Assembly (NCBI GenBank): GCA_038496445.1
Contig: JALMLS010000197.1
Location: forward strand, 82,690-146,689
Direction of reading: 5' to 3'
Origin: Trichosphaerium sp. ATCC 40318
Taxonomy: Eukaryota > Protista > Tubulinea
DNA: 64,000 nt
A program made the translations under genes and the position numbers. Shown here piece by piece: positions 1 through 18,434 of this stretch. Positions within the stretch are counted from its first letter, which is position 1. Every line of letters starts with the position of its first letter. Under the pieces are notes generated by a model. That model was not told where the DNA came from. It ran no database searches and worked only from the letters and a program-made list of their open reading frames with translations.

Positions 1-404
1 ATACAATCAACTTGTATCATCTCAATGTTACATATGATGGCATTAAATCATTGGCTGGTGTTCATACAATCAGTCTTTCAAACACAAATGTGACTGATCG
101 TGGCATTAAAGCGTTGGCTGGTGTTCATACGATTGATCTGAGAAATACTTCAGTGACAGATGAAGGTATTAGAGAATTGGCTGGAGTTCATACAATAGAT
201 GTTGCATATACACAAGTCACTGATCATGGCATTGTATCATTGATTGGAGCACATACAATTAATTGTTCATATACAATCGTTACAGATGTAGCTGCTAAAG
301 CATTGGCTGCAAATGGAGCAATTAAAGAAATCAATGTAATTTGTACAAAAGTGACATCTGAGGGTATTACAGCATTACTCACTTGTGCCAAAGTAGCTTG
401 GTAA
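1..404 (+). CDS. 3' part of intronless F-box/LRR protein (inverted copy of 10251-10949; 5' end outside window)
   Basis: 21-aa LRR units LAGVHTIxLxxTxVTDxGIxx; near-identical reverse complement of about 10251-10654. Confidence 0.85.
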   Translation, partial: TINLYHLNVTYDGIKSLAGVHTISLSNTNVTDRGIKALAGVHTIDLRNTSVTDEGIRELAGVHTIDVAYTQVTDHGIVSLIGAHTINCSYTIVTDVAAKALAANGAIKEINVICTKVTSEGITALLTCAKVAW

Positions 405-456
405 GATAATAAAATCAGGACGAACTTAAATACAATCTTAATTTACATAGAACAAC

Positions 457-670
457 TTAAATGATTTCAAATGTAAGATTTATCCTTTCGCCAACTAGTT
501 TTGGTTGCTTTACTATTGTGTGCTTCCAGTGATGTTGTGTATCTCCAGCCATTACTATTAGAGATCCATTTGTTAACTTGAATTCTTTTTTCTCTGTTTT
601 GTCATTGTGCTTGAGTGCAAAGCGCCTTGTGACACCCAAAGATACTGATGCAATCACGTTTTAACCCTAG
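457..670 (-). pseudogene. Last exon of AlkB dioxygenase, duplicated fragment
   Basis: Copy of 9950-10159 including the splice acceptor. Similarity ends near 670 and upstream exons are absent. C-terminus is RINLTFEII instead of RINLTFRKS, so the second Arg of RxxxxxR is lost. Confidence 0.75.
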
Positions 671-795
671 AAATATTTAAGCGCTCATTGTTATTTTCTA
701 ATGGTGAGTAGCACGACATAAACAAAATCTATATCACTGGTTTTTTTTTATTTTATTTACACTAATTGTCCAAAAATACACTACAAGCCCAATCG

Positions 796-6100
<5,305 letters not shown>

Positions 6101-6161
6101 GACACTAAGGATGGAGGTGAGTACGAAATGGAAAAAAAAAAAAAATCAAATTGATTTTTTT

Positions 6162-6758
6162 ATGGAGTCTGTGGGTACTGTAAAACTGTAAGTTTAGTAA
6201 AGTGAAGGCGATAAAAGCAGTGTAGTATGTAAATTGTGCATTTTCGAAACGGAGTTTGCTTGTCGTAAAAAAAACTAGCTCTGTTGTATCGAAATTTAAA
6301 CACCACGGTGTTTACTGTGTTAAAGTCTTGGTTTATTGCGCAAAACTAAACTAAAGAGAGAAATAGCACAGTTCCATTAGAAAAGGTATGTTTTAAAGAG
6401 AGGTACAGTAGGGAGAGATTACTAGTACATACGTTTTTCACAATACCGATCGGTAGCCTATTTTATCTTTTGTAAGCAAGCGCCTACACTAGCAGCGTTA
6501 CCAAATGAAGGGTAGTCCTCTTTACGTTACCACAAACGAAATCTGTACGTATTTTGACCTGGTTCACCCTTTTTAAGATCGCAGCCGAAAATGACGCCAA
6601 CAATTTTGTACCCTGACATACGAATAGCAGCGAGAGTTGCTACAAATCATAAAACAGCAATTATGTCCGATGGCACTGTTTTAGGATATCCAGCTATGTA
6701 CATTCCAAACAAAGTAGTGCATACGCCATACGAGGTTACACCGTCTTCGGGTTTTTAA
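6162..6758 (+). CDS. Possible small spliced hypothetical protein
   Basis: Candidate GT-AG exons ending in ...QAPTLAALPNEG/SQPKMTPTILYPDIRIAARV...PSSGF*; no recognisable homology. Confidence 0.3.
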
Positions 6759-7007
6759 TAGAAAGGCATTTTCGCTTTTTCAAACACTGGCGCTTTGAAA
6801 ATTGAGTCCTTACGCAGATTCACGCGAGACCCGATAAAACAACACATGACATATCATTGAAGGTGATTTAGGCCTTCCTAAGGTCAAGCGCGTATTTGAT
6901 AGCCGCTCTTCTGTGAACAGAAGTTAGTCATTTCTCGTGAACCATAAAATTGTGTTAAACAGGCTGAGTCAGCACCGCTTGGTACCCATAAACTACAAAA
7001 CAACACA

Positions 7008-9011
7008 ATGACACAATCAACCGCTGCGTTAATAGCAACAGTGCTCTCACTAGCTTTATTTGTGGCTGCATATGAGAGAGGTGATCAATATTATGGCAGT
7101 AACAGTTATGGAGGAGGATACCAAGGAAGAGATGGAGACACGTATGAGGAATGGACACATGAAACTTGGTTTGATCGTATGGGCAACTCTCTAGTTGGTA
7201 CGGCATCACTATACAACCAATAAATCGGTATTTATGAGCGTAGGCGTCGGTATTGGGTTTGTAGTTCTTATTGGTACTGGATTCCTACTCTTCTGGAATG
7301 AAAAACGCGCAGTGAACCGTATCAGAGCGTTGAAGGTGAGTTTTTTATTTTTACAACTTCGTTACTTTAAAACGATGATACCCGTTACATGCGACACTGT
7401 GCTAAGATGAATCCTAGGAAGGATCAGGACAAGTAGTTTCTGTTAGCACAGAAGGCGACAATTTGCGTCAATTTAATCAGTGCCTCATTCATACAACCGG
7501 ACATGCAGCTACGAACGATTTACTAAGCGATGAAGGTACACAGAACAAAGATAATTAATATTTCACGTACTTTACTAAAAATCGATTACCTCTCACCACT
7601 CAAGGCTTCTTTACTTCCAAAATCATTTGTTTTTACTTCTAGCACCACGTTAAAAGCATTTTAAAATAGTTTTACTATGTTTCGAGCTTACCAGACCCTA
7701 GATTTTGGCGTACAAGTTCAAGCAATAAAGTTGATAAGATCTGTCCAAATCTACCAATGGAAAGAGACAAAACGCTCTCAAAAGTACAAAAATGTAGGTG
7801 GTAGTACTGATACGCGTCATACATACACCTACAATAAAGTTTGGAAATCAGATTTATCGTCAAGCCGAAGTTTTAGGTACAAAAAGTCCACTTCCTGTAA
7901 GTTTTCTTTCTTACCTTTTTTAAGGCATCCACAAGGTCATGAGAACCCATCTAAGTCACTGTTCGTATCTAAGACTACTACAGCAAATAATGTTATGATT
8001 AATGGGTATGTTCTGGTGGGTATGGCGTGTTTTAACTTCTGTTTAGAAGCTTGAGTTTATCACAAGACTTTATTTCGAAATTCAGTAACGTTGAAAAAAT
8101 GACCTTCAATGAAGGATTATACAATGTTCTACCACCTCATATGCAAGGCATACTAAAGATAGCTAACCAACATGAATTATACTATGGTGTAAATCCAATG
8201 AACCCTCAGGCATGTTTAAATTTTAGATATCAAAGGACAAAGCTAATTTTTTAACAGATTGGTGACATGAAAATAACTTTTTCACAAGCTCTTCCATGTA
8301 CCGTTTCAGTAGTTGGAAAGCTTTCTAATGGTATACTTGTACCTCACAACACTTCAAATAATAGTAAAATTGCTCTTCTACAGGTAAGGATTGACACAAA
8401 GTTTTCTTTTCCTTTTCGCACATCTTGCCTTGAAAAACTTAACTACCATCTTTCGTTCTACTCACGTGGTTTATTAGACGGGAACCCACAAAGCAAATGA
8501 TATGTTTAAAGCAGCAATGGCAGAAAATACATTTTTAACATGGATTCTAAGAGCCTTAGGGTTCTTTTTGAACTTTGTTGGATTTGCTCTATTATTTTCT
8601 CCTTTGTCTACCTTTTTCGATATTTTACCATTTATTGGTGGTATTGTTGGATTTGGTACTTCACTAGGATCTCTATTACTCGGATTTATTGTATCAATTA
8701 TCACTATTGCAGTTGCCTGGATCTTCTACAGGTAACGTATTTGCAATCAAATTTATGCTCAGTGACATCATTGTTACTCGTAAATTTCCTTGTTTTTTTA
8801 CAATTTAGATGTGTTTTTTTTAAGTCGACTCAACTCAGTCCGACTCGACTTTTTGTAAAATCGGTCCGACTCGACTTAAGACTGAGTCGTTAACAGTACT
8901 AATTCTGACTTTTTAATTTAGACCTATTGTTGGCGTTGCACTCCTATCTGTTGCAGCTGTTATGATATTTGTAAGTAGCAAGGGTGGTGAATATGCTTCT
9001 ACAGCTCATAG
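7008..9011 (+). CDS. TMEM43: TMEM43 family membrane protein, multi-exon
   Basis: LLFWNEKRAVNR, LIRSVQIYQWKE, GHENP, PQIGDMKITF, MFKAAMAENTFLTWILRALG and C-terminal TM helices ending IAVAWIFYRP. Confidence 0.88.
8821..8901. repeat. CGACTC/GAGTCG repeat cluster in a TMEM43 intron, possible MITE terminus
   Basis: TCCGACTCGACTT twice; inverted TAAGTCGA...TCGACTTA and ACTCAGTC...GACTGAGT; intron enlarged to about 190 nt. Confidence 0.5.
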
Positions 9012-9234
9012 ATAAATAATGTAATGTAATAAACCATTTTTGGATAAGAATAACAATAAACAATGCCATGAATGTCGATCTAACTATTAGTGTTTTTGAA
9101 CATTCTAGGTCAATGGTTTGCTTGCAAAAGCAAGTATAAAACTATCATGTTTTATTAAGAAAGTCGAGAGCGGAGCCACTGTTGACCAGTGTTGGAAAGT
9201 CCTGACCCGTTTTTTCTTTTTTGTAAGAGTTGAA

Positions 9235-10159
9235 ATGGAAAAGCACGTTGTGCGTCTGAGTTCTACTTCTAAGCAATCTAGTAATGTAAAACAAACAAAG
9301 AGAAAAGCAGTAGTTGACCTTAATAAAAGAAAGAAGCGGCTCAGAGCAGAGGAGAAGTACTATCCAACAACAACTACAGCGTACGTAACTGTTTGTTTTT
9401 GTACATAAACTGAAAAGTTTACAACTTCTCACCGAGTTGCGTTTACAATATCTCACTTATATCACTATATAACAATCTAAACTCTTCAAGAACCGGATTG
9501 ACAAAGACAGTACTACGATCTAATTCCGTCATTTTGTGGAAAGAGAACTTTGTTACTGTTGGCGAAAGTAAGAATATTTTCGACTTGCTTCGAAAGCAGA
9601 TAAGTTGGCGGCAGTCAACAATAACTATATTTGGGAAGAAACTTAAATCTCCAAGATTGAATAACTGGATGGCAGACACGTGTACGGCGTAAAAGTAGAT
9701 AGTACACGTGTAAATTTTATTGTCTATTTATAGCTGTACGACCATACTCCTCATCATCAACACCATGGTATCCAGAAGTTCTTGTTCTAAAGCAACGTAT
9801 TGAGGAAGCAGTAGACTTTAAGTTTGACTACTGCCTCATACAACTATATAGAGATGGCAAAGACTCCATTGCGTATCATAATGATGAAGAGGCTCTTGGG
9901 AAAGTACAGCTCTTGTGCCATTGTTTATTATCTACTTAGGCATTTCTAGGGTAAAAACGTGATCGCATCAGTATCTTTAGGTGTCACAAGACGCTTTGTA
10001 CTCAAGCACAATGACAAAACAGAGAAAAAAGAATTCAAGTTAACAAATGGATCTCTAATAGTAATGGCTGGAGATACACAACATCACTGGAAGCACACAA
10101 TAGTAAAGCAACCAAAACTAGTTGGCGAAAGGATAAATCTTACATTTAGGAAATCATAA
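9235..10159 (+). CDS. AlkB-family 2OG-Fe(II) dioxygenase (ALKBH2/3-like), 4 exons
   Basis: SPRLNNW, LYRDGKDSIAYHND (HxD), IASVSLG, WKH, RINLTFR; basic N-terminus. Confidence 0.9.
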
Positions 10160-10250
10160 ACATGCATGCAAACCACTGCAGTTGATCAATTCTTAATAAA
10201 CACATTCTATTTAAATTAAGATTGTATTTAATTTCATCGTTATTATTACC

Positions 10251-10949
10251 TTACCAAGCTACTTTGGCACAAGTGAGTAATGCCGTGATACCCTCAGATG
10301 TCACTTTTGTACAAATTACATTGATTTCTTTGATTGCTCCATTTGCAGCCAATGCTTTAGCAGCTACATCTGTAACACTTGTATATGAACAATTAATTGT
10401 GTGTGCTCCAATCAATGATATAATGCCATGATCAGTAACTTGTGTATATGCAACATCTATTGTATGAACTCCAGCCAATTCTCTAATACCTTCATCTGTC
10501 ACTGAAGTATTTCTCAGATCAATCGTATGAACGCCAGCCAACGCTTTAATGCCGCGATCAGTCACATTTGTGTTTGAAAGACTGATCGTATGAACACCAG
10601 CCAATGATTTAATACCATCATATGTAACATTGAGATGATACAAGTTGATTGTATGAACACCTTTAAGATACTTTTTCATGGTTTTTGGTTTGATTTTGAA
10701 CACAATTCTTATTTTAGATTTGTTTAGAAGTAAACGACATGATTTGTACATTTTCTTGAGTTGTTTTTCATCTCCAAGATGAACTGAACGATATGCTTTG
10801 TATCCAAAGTGGTGTTGAATAATACTTTGAAAGAAAGTACATGAATGTTGTAAAGAGTGCAAACAAGCAGTATTGTGGATCAAATTCATTATTTTAACCA
10901 ATATTTCGATTGGCAGTGTATTAATGATTGTGTAGCTTTGTCTATCCAT
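10251..10949 (-). CDS. Intronless F-box/LRR protein
   Basis: 232-aa single ORF; F-box INTLPIEILVKIM; five 21-aa LRRs. Confidence 0.88.
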   Translation of the reverse strand: MDRQSYTIINTLPIEILVKIMNLIHNTACLHSLQHSCTFFQSIIQHHFGYKAYRSVHLGDEKQLKKMYKSCRLLLNKSKIRIVFKIKPKTMKKYLKGVHTINLYHLNVTYDGIKSLAGVHTISLSNTNVTDRGIKALAGVHTIDLRNTSVTDEGIRELAGVHTIDVAYTQVTDHGIISLIGAHTINCSYTSVTDVAAKALAANGAIKEINVICTKVTSEGITALLTCAKVAW

Positions 10950-10989
10950 TAAACTACGAAATTATCACTTATTTTTGTTGTTGATAAAG

Positions 10990-11605
10990 ATGGTAACGGT
11001 TGCTATTAATGTAAGGTTTGCTTAAAGGTGTTGACTTAAAGGAACTGAATATAAACAAGATTGTGTACGCTGAACTGTTGGCGCTTTCATGGCGGTACAC
11101 GTCAAAGTGCAAAAATACTTCTACGTCGTTAGCATAGTATTTGTAGGTTAGGTACCGACTGGACAATGTACAAAGGTATTACAGTTGGTGTATTGAAGGG
11201 CCAGTCGAACGTTAAGTTCTCTGTTGTCAAGATAAAATCTTGATGACTGAGCGGCATTGTTGGTAGTTTGAGTTAAATAAAAGGGTTGAAAGGGCGCAGC
11301 CATGCTCAAAAAGGATACGCTTCGGAATTGCAATTCTTTCGAAACGAGAAGAGCAAATGCTATTTATTTTTGTTGCTCACACTCTCAAGCTCGTTGAGGA
11401 GTGCAAGCTTAGCTACCTGTTCTTCTTTTACGATTTTTGTGGTCATATCACACAACAAGATACAAGTTACGCTTGTTGCGTACCTGTTGCATGATAATTA
11501 GAGGCATTTAGCTAACGCTGTGTTGAGCGAACGACAACAAGTGGTAGCAAGTATTATAAGCCCTATGTGGCTTCTTCGTCGGAGAAAACATAGCAAAGCA
11601 TGTTG
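10990..11605 (+). CDS. Possible spliced hypothetical protein
   Basis: Phase-consistent GT-AG exons MVTVAIN/IVYAELLALSWR/LGTDWTMYKG.../FELNKRVE...; 3' end unclear; no homology recognised. Confidence 0.3.
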
Positions 11606-11945
11606 AGTTGCTTTGCAATGCAACGTTGATGATTGGCTATAGTCGTCTTTGATGAGGAACGATCCGTTGTGTAGTGTTGAAGGTGAGAGATTTTTGGGTT
11701 GCACGTTTAAAAATAAACGTGCAGAAAGGCTCAAAGCTCATTGGTGGTTTTTTTTTGCTAAATAAATTAGAACACGTGCAAATTCAATGGACTTTTTCAA
11801 CGTGGTAAAACTTGCCAGGTTCATTGAAATACCGGTTTAGATTGTACACATAGTACCCACGCCAATGCGGTGAATAAACAGAAATTCATTGTTGGCTTAC
11901 TTTGTTAAACCTTGAAGTACACTTAAACAAAAGAGAAATGTATGT

Positions 11946-14259
11946 TTATTGAGAAGATTGTAGTATAATGTTGAGTTTTACTGTTTGTCCTTCTGTGACG
12001 ACCACAGTTTCAACTGCAGTATTGTAACCAGGTGCGCTGAATGATAGCCTGTATGTATCTAAAGAAGAGTTATTGAGAATATTGAGTGCAAGTGAAAATA
12101 AACGACTATTCATTCCAAAGCCGTTGTAACTAGTATTCGTACCTGCAGCCAAGAAAAGATCGAATCGGCCAAATCGTTTATGGCTTCTACGTACTTCATC
12201 GGCTTGGAAATTAATCTTATCAATATCAATGTCAGCAACGATTGGTGAACCGGCACTGTTTGTTACAAAACCAGATACTGATTCAGGTGTTTTAAAGTAT
12301 AAGTCGACCATGCCTCGTAGTCCATTGACAACAGCTAGGATATGTTAGGAATAACCCCTGCAAACTCACTGAATTCTATAAAAGAGCAAAGAGATGCGTA
12401 CTTTGACAAGAGGAATAAGAAGGCTGAAAACCCTGAGTTGCTAGATTATTGTTAAACAAAAATTATTCAATGAACTTTTGCTATTAGCTATTGTATTGGA
12501 CTGTACCCATTTCTGTAAGTGATGCATAGCTAGTATGATCTTGTAGGAATTGTTGGAATATCTCACCATCAGCGGAAGGAGAACGAAGTCTATAAATAGG
12601 AGTAGCAGCGCGTCTAAAGTCAGAGTTAATTGAACGGTTTCCAATTATTTTTAGCTTTAAACGTACGCGAGATCGTTTGCATTTGCTGTTAAATAATTAC
12701 GCCAATTTGTTGCCATAGGAGAACACCTGTAAGCGTAGAGTTGTTCTTGACCCGATTGGTGGAACTCAAGGTACTTGGCGATACCTGAAAAGAATAATAA
12801 GAATTTAATAAGAATGCAAGGTTGAAGTGTCTTTACCATATTCTGCTGCAAGACCGAAAATAGCTTTAGTTTCTTGCTCTGATTCAGGCTCAGTACCTTA
12901 AAAAAAAGTTATTACATTCACTTGATATAATAGTGGGCTGTCTACCTTTGTAAGTATCTGAACTTGGATTTGATGATCCGCTGCATGATGAATACCATCC
13001 TAATTTAGCATTTCTGTTCAAATCCACCTATTTCGTTCTATCACTACTTGTCATGTTAAATGGCGTTGACGTACTCCTACTGCGGTACTAAGAGGCCGTC
13101 TATTTTTACGCCACATGTTGTAAGTGGTGAAAACATAAGTGTAACTAAATAGCGTTAATAGGAAGAAAATAAACCAAAGAAATACCCGTCTGGGTTTACT
13201 GTTGGTAAAACCCATATTTGTGTTTCATCAACAAGTCTTTTGACGGATGAATCAGTAGCATATCCAGTGAGAAGCTATACAGCATTACTCGTACTCATAA
13301 AGCTGTGAGCGTACTCTATCGATAGTATCAATCGTAACTTCAGGAGTGCATATCTCTCTAAAAAATAACAATCAATAGATTGATCAAAACATATTATTGA
13401 GACTACCTTGAGTGTTCGTTACTCAACACAATATAAGTTGGTTCAGGTTCAATGACATTTGGGTTGTCAGATATCATCAATCCCATAATAGCGCGACCTG
13501 GATACAAAGCAAACATTAAATAACAAAATCGGAAAAGTGAAGCAAACTTTACCTCCGTAAGTTGGGCCAGCACCATACTCAGCGGCAATATCAACCAACT
13601 TAGTTATTGATGGATAGTCCTAGTATTATTTTTAAACCACTTAAAAACTTCCAAAGAAAGGTGTTCGTACGTTGTGGTATTTTTCCATAATAGCATTAAT
13701 TTCGGCTAAATTTCTATATCCTATGCAAAACATCGGTTAAAAGAGACGTCATGCTTAAATACGTACCCGAAGGAACGGCCATTGGCAAACCGATAGCATC
13801 AGCTTCTGGCAGACTAAAGTTCTTTGAAGTACTTTGAATCAAAGTACTTGGCACGTGCCAATGCTTCCTTGTAAACAATTAGCAATAACAGTTAGCAATT
13901 TTCGAAAATAACGAAAACTTTTCCTTTTGGTATGGTCGCTTCGTAATCACGTGTGTAACGAACATACTGCTGTGGTGGTTGCTGTTGAAATGAAAGTTGT
14001 ACTTACTTTAGGATAGCGTCAAGTTCCTCATCGTTAGCGATAACATAGACGTCGTTTGGTTGTCCCAAGTGAGATAAAGCTAAAAACGTTAAGAGCGTAT
14101 CATTTTACATCTTAGAAATCACTTACCATCGTATCCATCGCTCTTTAGGCTATTGTACAACCCAGTATCACGTGTAGGCGACATTTTGAGGACATTCCTT
14201 GATAATGCCAAAGAACACACTGAGAATACTACCAACACAACTAGAAACTCTACTTTCAT
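11946..14259 (-). CDS. Secreted M14 zinc carboxypeptidase with C-terminal CarboxypepD_reg-like domain
   Basis: Signal peptide MKVEFLVVLVVF; HSRE (HxxE); PTVNPDG; WRKNRR; VDLNRN; SESEQET; EFHQSG; C-terminal YRLSFSAPGY. Confidence 0.88.
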
Positions 14260-14347
14260 CACGAATTGTAATTTACGGTTGGTGTAAATGTTAACAAAAA
14301 AGTCAACGGATTTAGCTGTTCTTTTTTATTATCCAACACTTTCAATA

Positions 14348-15993
14348 ATGCGGTTAGTTACTATTCTCTTTTTGGGATTTATTGGTTCGTAAATGGGGTT
14401 CTTATCGGTTGAATTTATTCAGTATAGCGCTGGCTATCGCATGTAACATGACATGTGCCGAGATAGAGGCTGGTATGCCTGTTCCTTCAGTACCAACCAA
14501 AAGAATGCCTTATTACACGTACGTACTCTTCGTTAGTAAGTTTTTTCTCTCGCCATGTCACGTATTTACACGATAGTATAGAGACCCTAATATGGTACTT
14601 GGCGTGAGAAACACAGAGATAGAAATTGCTGTGATTATGGTTCACGTGCGTTTCTTTTATCGTATTGACAGTTCAGCTTTTTTTGTTATCATGTGTACGT
14701 TGCTTAGACCTCTTTTAAGGGTACAGGGCGCAATGCTGACGAATACTTTTGTTACATGCGAAACTCTGTTGATGAGTACTATGGGAAAGATAGGTAATGT
14801 TTTCTTTGTGAGTAAGAGTGTAGAGCTTACTTTTTGGTTACAGAGATAAAGTTCTAGTTATTGCGCCTCACTTTAAAATCCCAAGTGATAATCCGGTTGT
14901 TGGTGACTTATTCTGGGACCACAATGAGTACTAGCCACCAACCATACTATAAGCTTTGCTAATGCGATGCAGAGACTGGAAGGCTGGATACGACTCGACA
15001 AATACGTTTGATAAAAGAGTCAGTTCTTTTACTGTTCTTGATGACATGTTGTCGATTTTTGCCGACAGATTAATTTATCCTTCGTTGAAGAAAATCATAG
15101 TTGCTGGACATTCTGCAGGTTGGAAAGGTTCATTGACATACTTACTCATTAGTTTAATATTAGGTGGGCAAGTTGTACAACGCTACGCACTCGGAACTCC
15201 AATTGAGAGGAAGATTGATCCGGGTAAGTTTTGTTTTTGTTCTTCGCTTCTCATTTTCCTTAGCAATTTCTGTTGTGTATGCTCCTGCCAATCCATCGTC
15301 AGTATGTTGGCTATATAATAAGAGACCTTCAAATTTAGTTTATGACACAAATTGTCCAACGTGTCAGCCAGTGTCTAAGATTCGTAATTTCAAGTTTGAG
15401 TTTGGAGTACCTGATGTTTCTAAATGTCCACGTACATCAAGACCACTCTATGCATTCACCTCATTGGTACCGTTTAGGTTACAATACCTACCGTTATGGA
15501 TTAGAAAAACTCAATACTTACATGAGTCAACTTGGGTTAGATGCGATGATAAAGGAATACGCAACACGTGATGTCATTGTAAGCCATCAATTTTTAAAAA
15601 CTTTTTCTGAAACTTGTTTGCTGAGCCACGATCTAGTACTTTCAGGGTGCAGCCGATACATGTAACAGAATCTACAATTGTGGTTGCAATGACCATAGTC
15701 TTGCTACTGGATGTGAATCAATGCTTAGCGGACAATGCAGGTAAGAACCTCTAAAACTCGTGAGAAAAAGGTAAATGTTGTTTGTAGGTTTGAGCGTGGG
15801 TATGCGTTTTTTAGATCTCTTGAGGAGGTTTACGGACGTGCTGTACATAGACTTGTTGAGGTACCGGGTATAGGTCACTCAGGATGCGATATGTTTCAAG
15901 TAAGTATAAAAAGCAAGCGTTTTTTTTCCTGATGTGTTGTAGTCTGCTACTGCCAAAAATACTCTTTTTGGTGATACTCTTTCTATTGTATGA
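14348..15993 (+). CDS. Secreted alpha/beta hydrolase
   Basis: Nucleophile elbow VAGHSAGGQVVQRYA; ANPSS; YRYGL; RFERG; VPGIGHSG catalytic His; N-terminal hydrophobic signal. Confidence 0.85.
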
Positions 15994-16395
15994 AGTTAGA
16001 AAATAAATGTCACGAACTAGTATCAAGCAAATACCACAGCCCTTTTGTCATAGATTTACTCAAAAGTTTTAAATACAATCTTTTTTCCACATTGTGAAAT
16101 CCGCTCGGGATATCAGATCCTACAATTTTCCTAATGTTTCTCATATCAAAAACCACCAAGCCAAGAAAATGCAGAACTTTCACCGGTCCGGACACCTTTT
16201 GAAGTACTTGGTGGGCGCCCCAAGTATTTGTTGCAAACAACATGTTGAACAAAGAAGATACAGAGTCCAAAATAAAATGGTAAACGAAAGTACTATTTTG
16301 GCATTTTTACTTATTTTGCACAATAACGAACTTTATTTGACTGTAGAGAATCGCCCAGAAAAGTACTGCGAATCTTCTGTTGTAAGTCCTGTGTT

Positions 16396-18372
16396 ATGAT
16401 GCAACACATCCTACTTATTTTAGTATTCTGTGGTACGTTATCGTTATGTGACAATTGCACTTCGTGGATTGGACCAAACGGAAGCGATCAAGTATGACAA
16501 ACATCTTCTACTCGTTTTGGAGCTTGTGCAAGTATTAATTTTCGTTTAGAGTGGAGATGGGAGTTATAAGAAGCCTTATGCAACTATACAGCGTGCGTCT
16601 TTATCACTGTAACACTTTTGACTTGAGAAACGATCAGAAACTAAATAAATGATGCTAGGAGCTCAAAAGTATACAAACAGAAATGAATCGACGCTGTCAC
16701 TTTGCTTTCGGGAAGGAGTGTACAAGAGTACGTCTTATCGGGCAGAAAACTCGCCAAAATTGCTATTTCGGAGTTTACAAAATATGCGGCATGGCAATAG
16801 TTTAGGCTACGCCTAACGACTAGTTAAAAAAAACTGGATATTCGTTATCTTTTTTGTCGATATCCTGTCAACTCCTTCGTCGTTTTGGACAACTTTCTCA
16901 GTGATATTTTTTAACTTGAATGGTAGTACCTCAAATACTTGCATGTAATAATGGCACAGTGGATTTTACAGACGAAGGAAAAGGAGCTGTGTTGGGAACA
17001 ATGGTAAGGAATTAAACTATGACATTGTTCCAGTAGAATTAATTAACACTTATGCTTAACAGGTTATTGAATCTCCGAATGATTTCTACTTATTCAAACT
17101 TTACGTTTCAATCACAGGGTTCACAATAAGCAGCCTAACGTCATCATCAACAAATTTAAATGGTTTGAAACTTGCTAATACTACTATTAAAATGGTTAAT
17201 CTTACCAATACTGGGACTATTGACATTACTGATTCTATACTTGGGTCAAAAACAACAGATGTTACTTTGGCAGGCTATGACGTTAATATGAACCACTCCC
17301 AAGTTGTTGCCAAGACTTTTACGACGAATAATCAACTAGAATTCCAGTTCCAAGGTAGTGCAGCATTCTATGACTCAAGTGTATATGTTACAGACGAGAT
17401 CTTTCTATACGCAGGTGAGTGCGTTCGTACAATTTTCTTGACAAGGTCAAAAAAAAAAGAAACAATAACAAAGTTGTAGATGATTTCTTTATTAAGAGGT
17501 GTAATATCACCACACCTCCTGGCCAAAACATACCTCTAGGATTTACAGTCGAGTTTTATGATAGCATATTTGAAAATATTGGTGTACGTACATAACCTTC
17601 TAATGATTGATTTTGACTTTTTTGTAATTTTAGGGTACAATTCAGCCGGGTCAAAATACTTTTGAGTATGATGTTCATATCTACTTTATTAATTCTATAA
17701 TCAAAGGAGTTACTCTCAGCCCTCAAAAGATTTCAAGGGGAGAAGTTACAAACACTACATTTGCAGCATGTGAAGCTTATGTATGGAACACAAAATTAGA
17801 GTTTTTAACAATATGGAATACAATTTTTTTGCTTACTCCTCTATGTAGCATGGAAAGGCTCCACTCGATTTTTATCCAGAGGATTTTCCAGAATTTTACA
17901 TTAAAAATAACAACCCATGCCCTGTTACATGTAAACCCGGATATTGTTCTCTTGGAAATCTGTTTGCTTGTGAAAAGTGTGCGCCTAGTAATAATAATGT
18001 ATCCATTGAGTGAAATAAAAAGGCATATTAGCAAGTATGGACATAAACTTAGCACTTCTATGCTTACAAATAATGTACATAAACAGTAGCACAGTCACTT
18101 GGCATGCAGATTTGGTGCGTTGCTCTTTACCGTACAACGTTCTAACAAGTCACGATTGTACCATACCAGCCAATGCAATGACATGTTGTCGATTTTGATT
18201 TTATTGCTTGTTTTTTCTAATTACTTGTTTTCCTAACACCTGAATAGAAGCATACTCCAAGAATCCTACTAAATATCTAAACATCTCTTATCACGTGATA
18301 AGCACCGGATGTTATCCGATCAATAAATACCTCATATGTACTACACTTCCTAAAGTAACCAGCAGGTGCTAA
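16396..18372 (+). CDS. Secreted beta-helix/pectin-lyase-like protein with Cys-rich C-terminal part
   Basis: Signal MMQHILLILVF; NGSD...GDGSYKKPYATIQ and VTLLSGRS start typical of beta-helix proteins; T/N-rich strands; CPVTCKPGYC; 3' end uncertain. Confidence 0.6.
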
Positions 18373-18434
18373 AATGAGTCAAGACTAGCAAATACATTTA
18401 TTTTGCATTCTTTTTTTTTTGTACACATTGAGAT

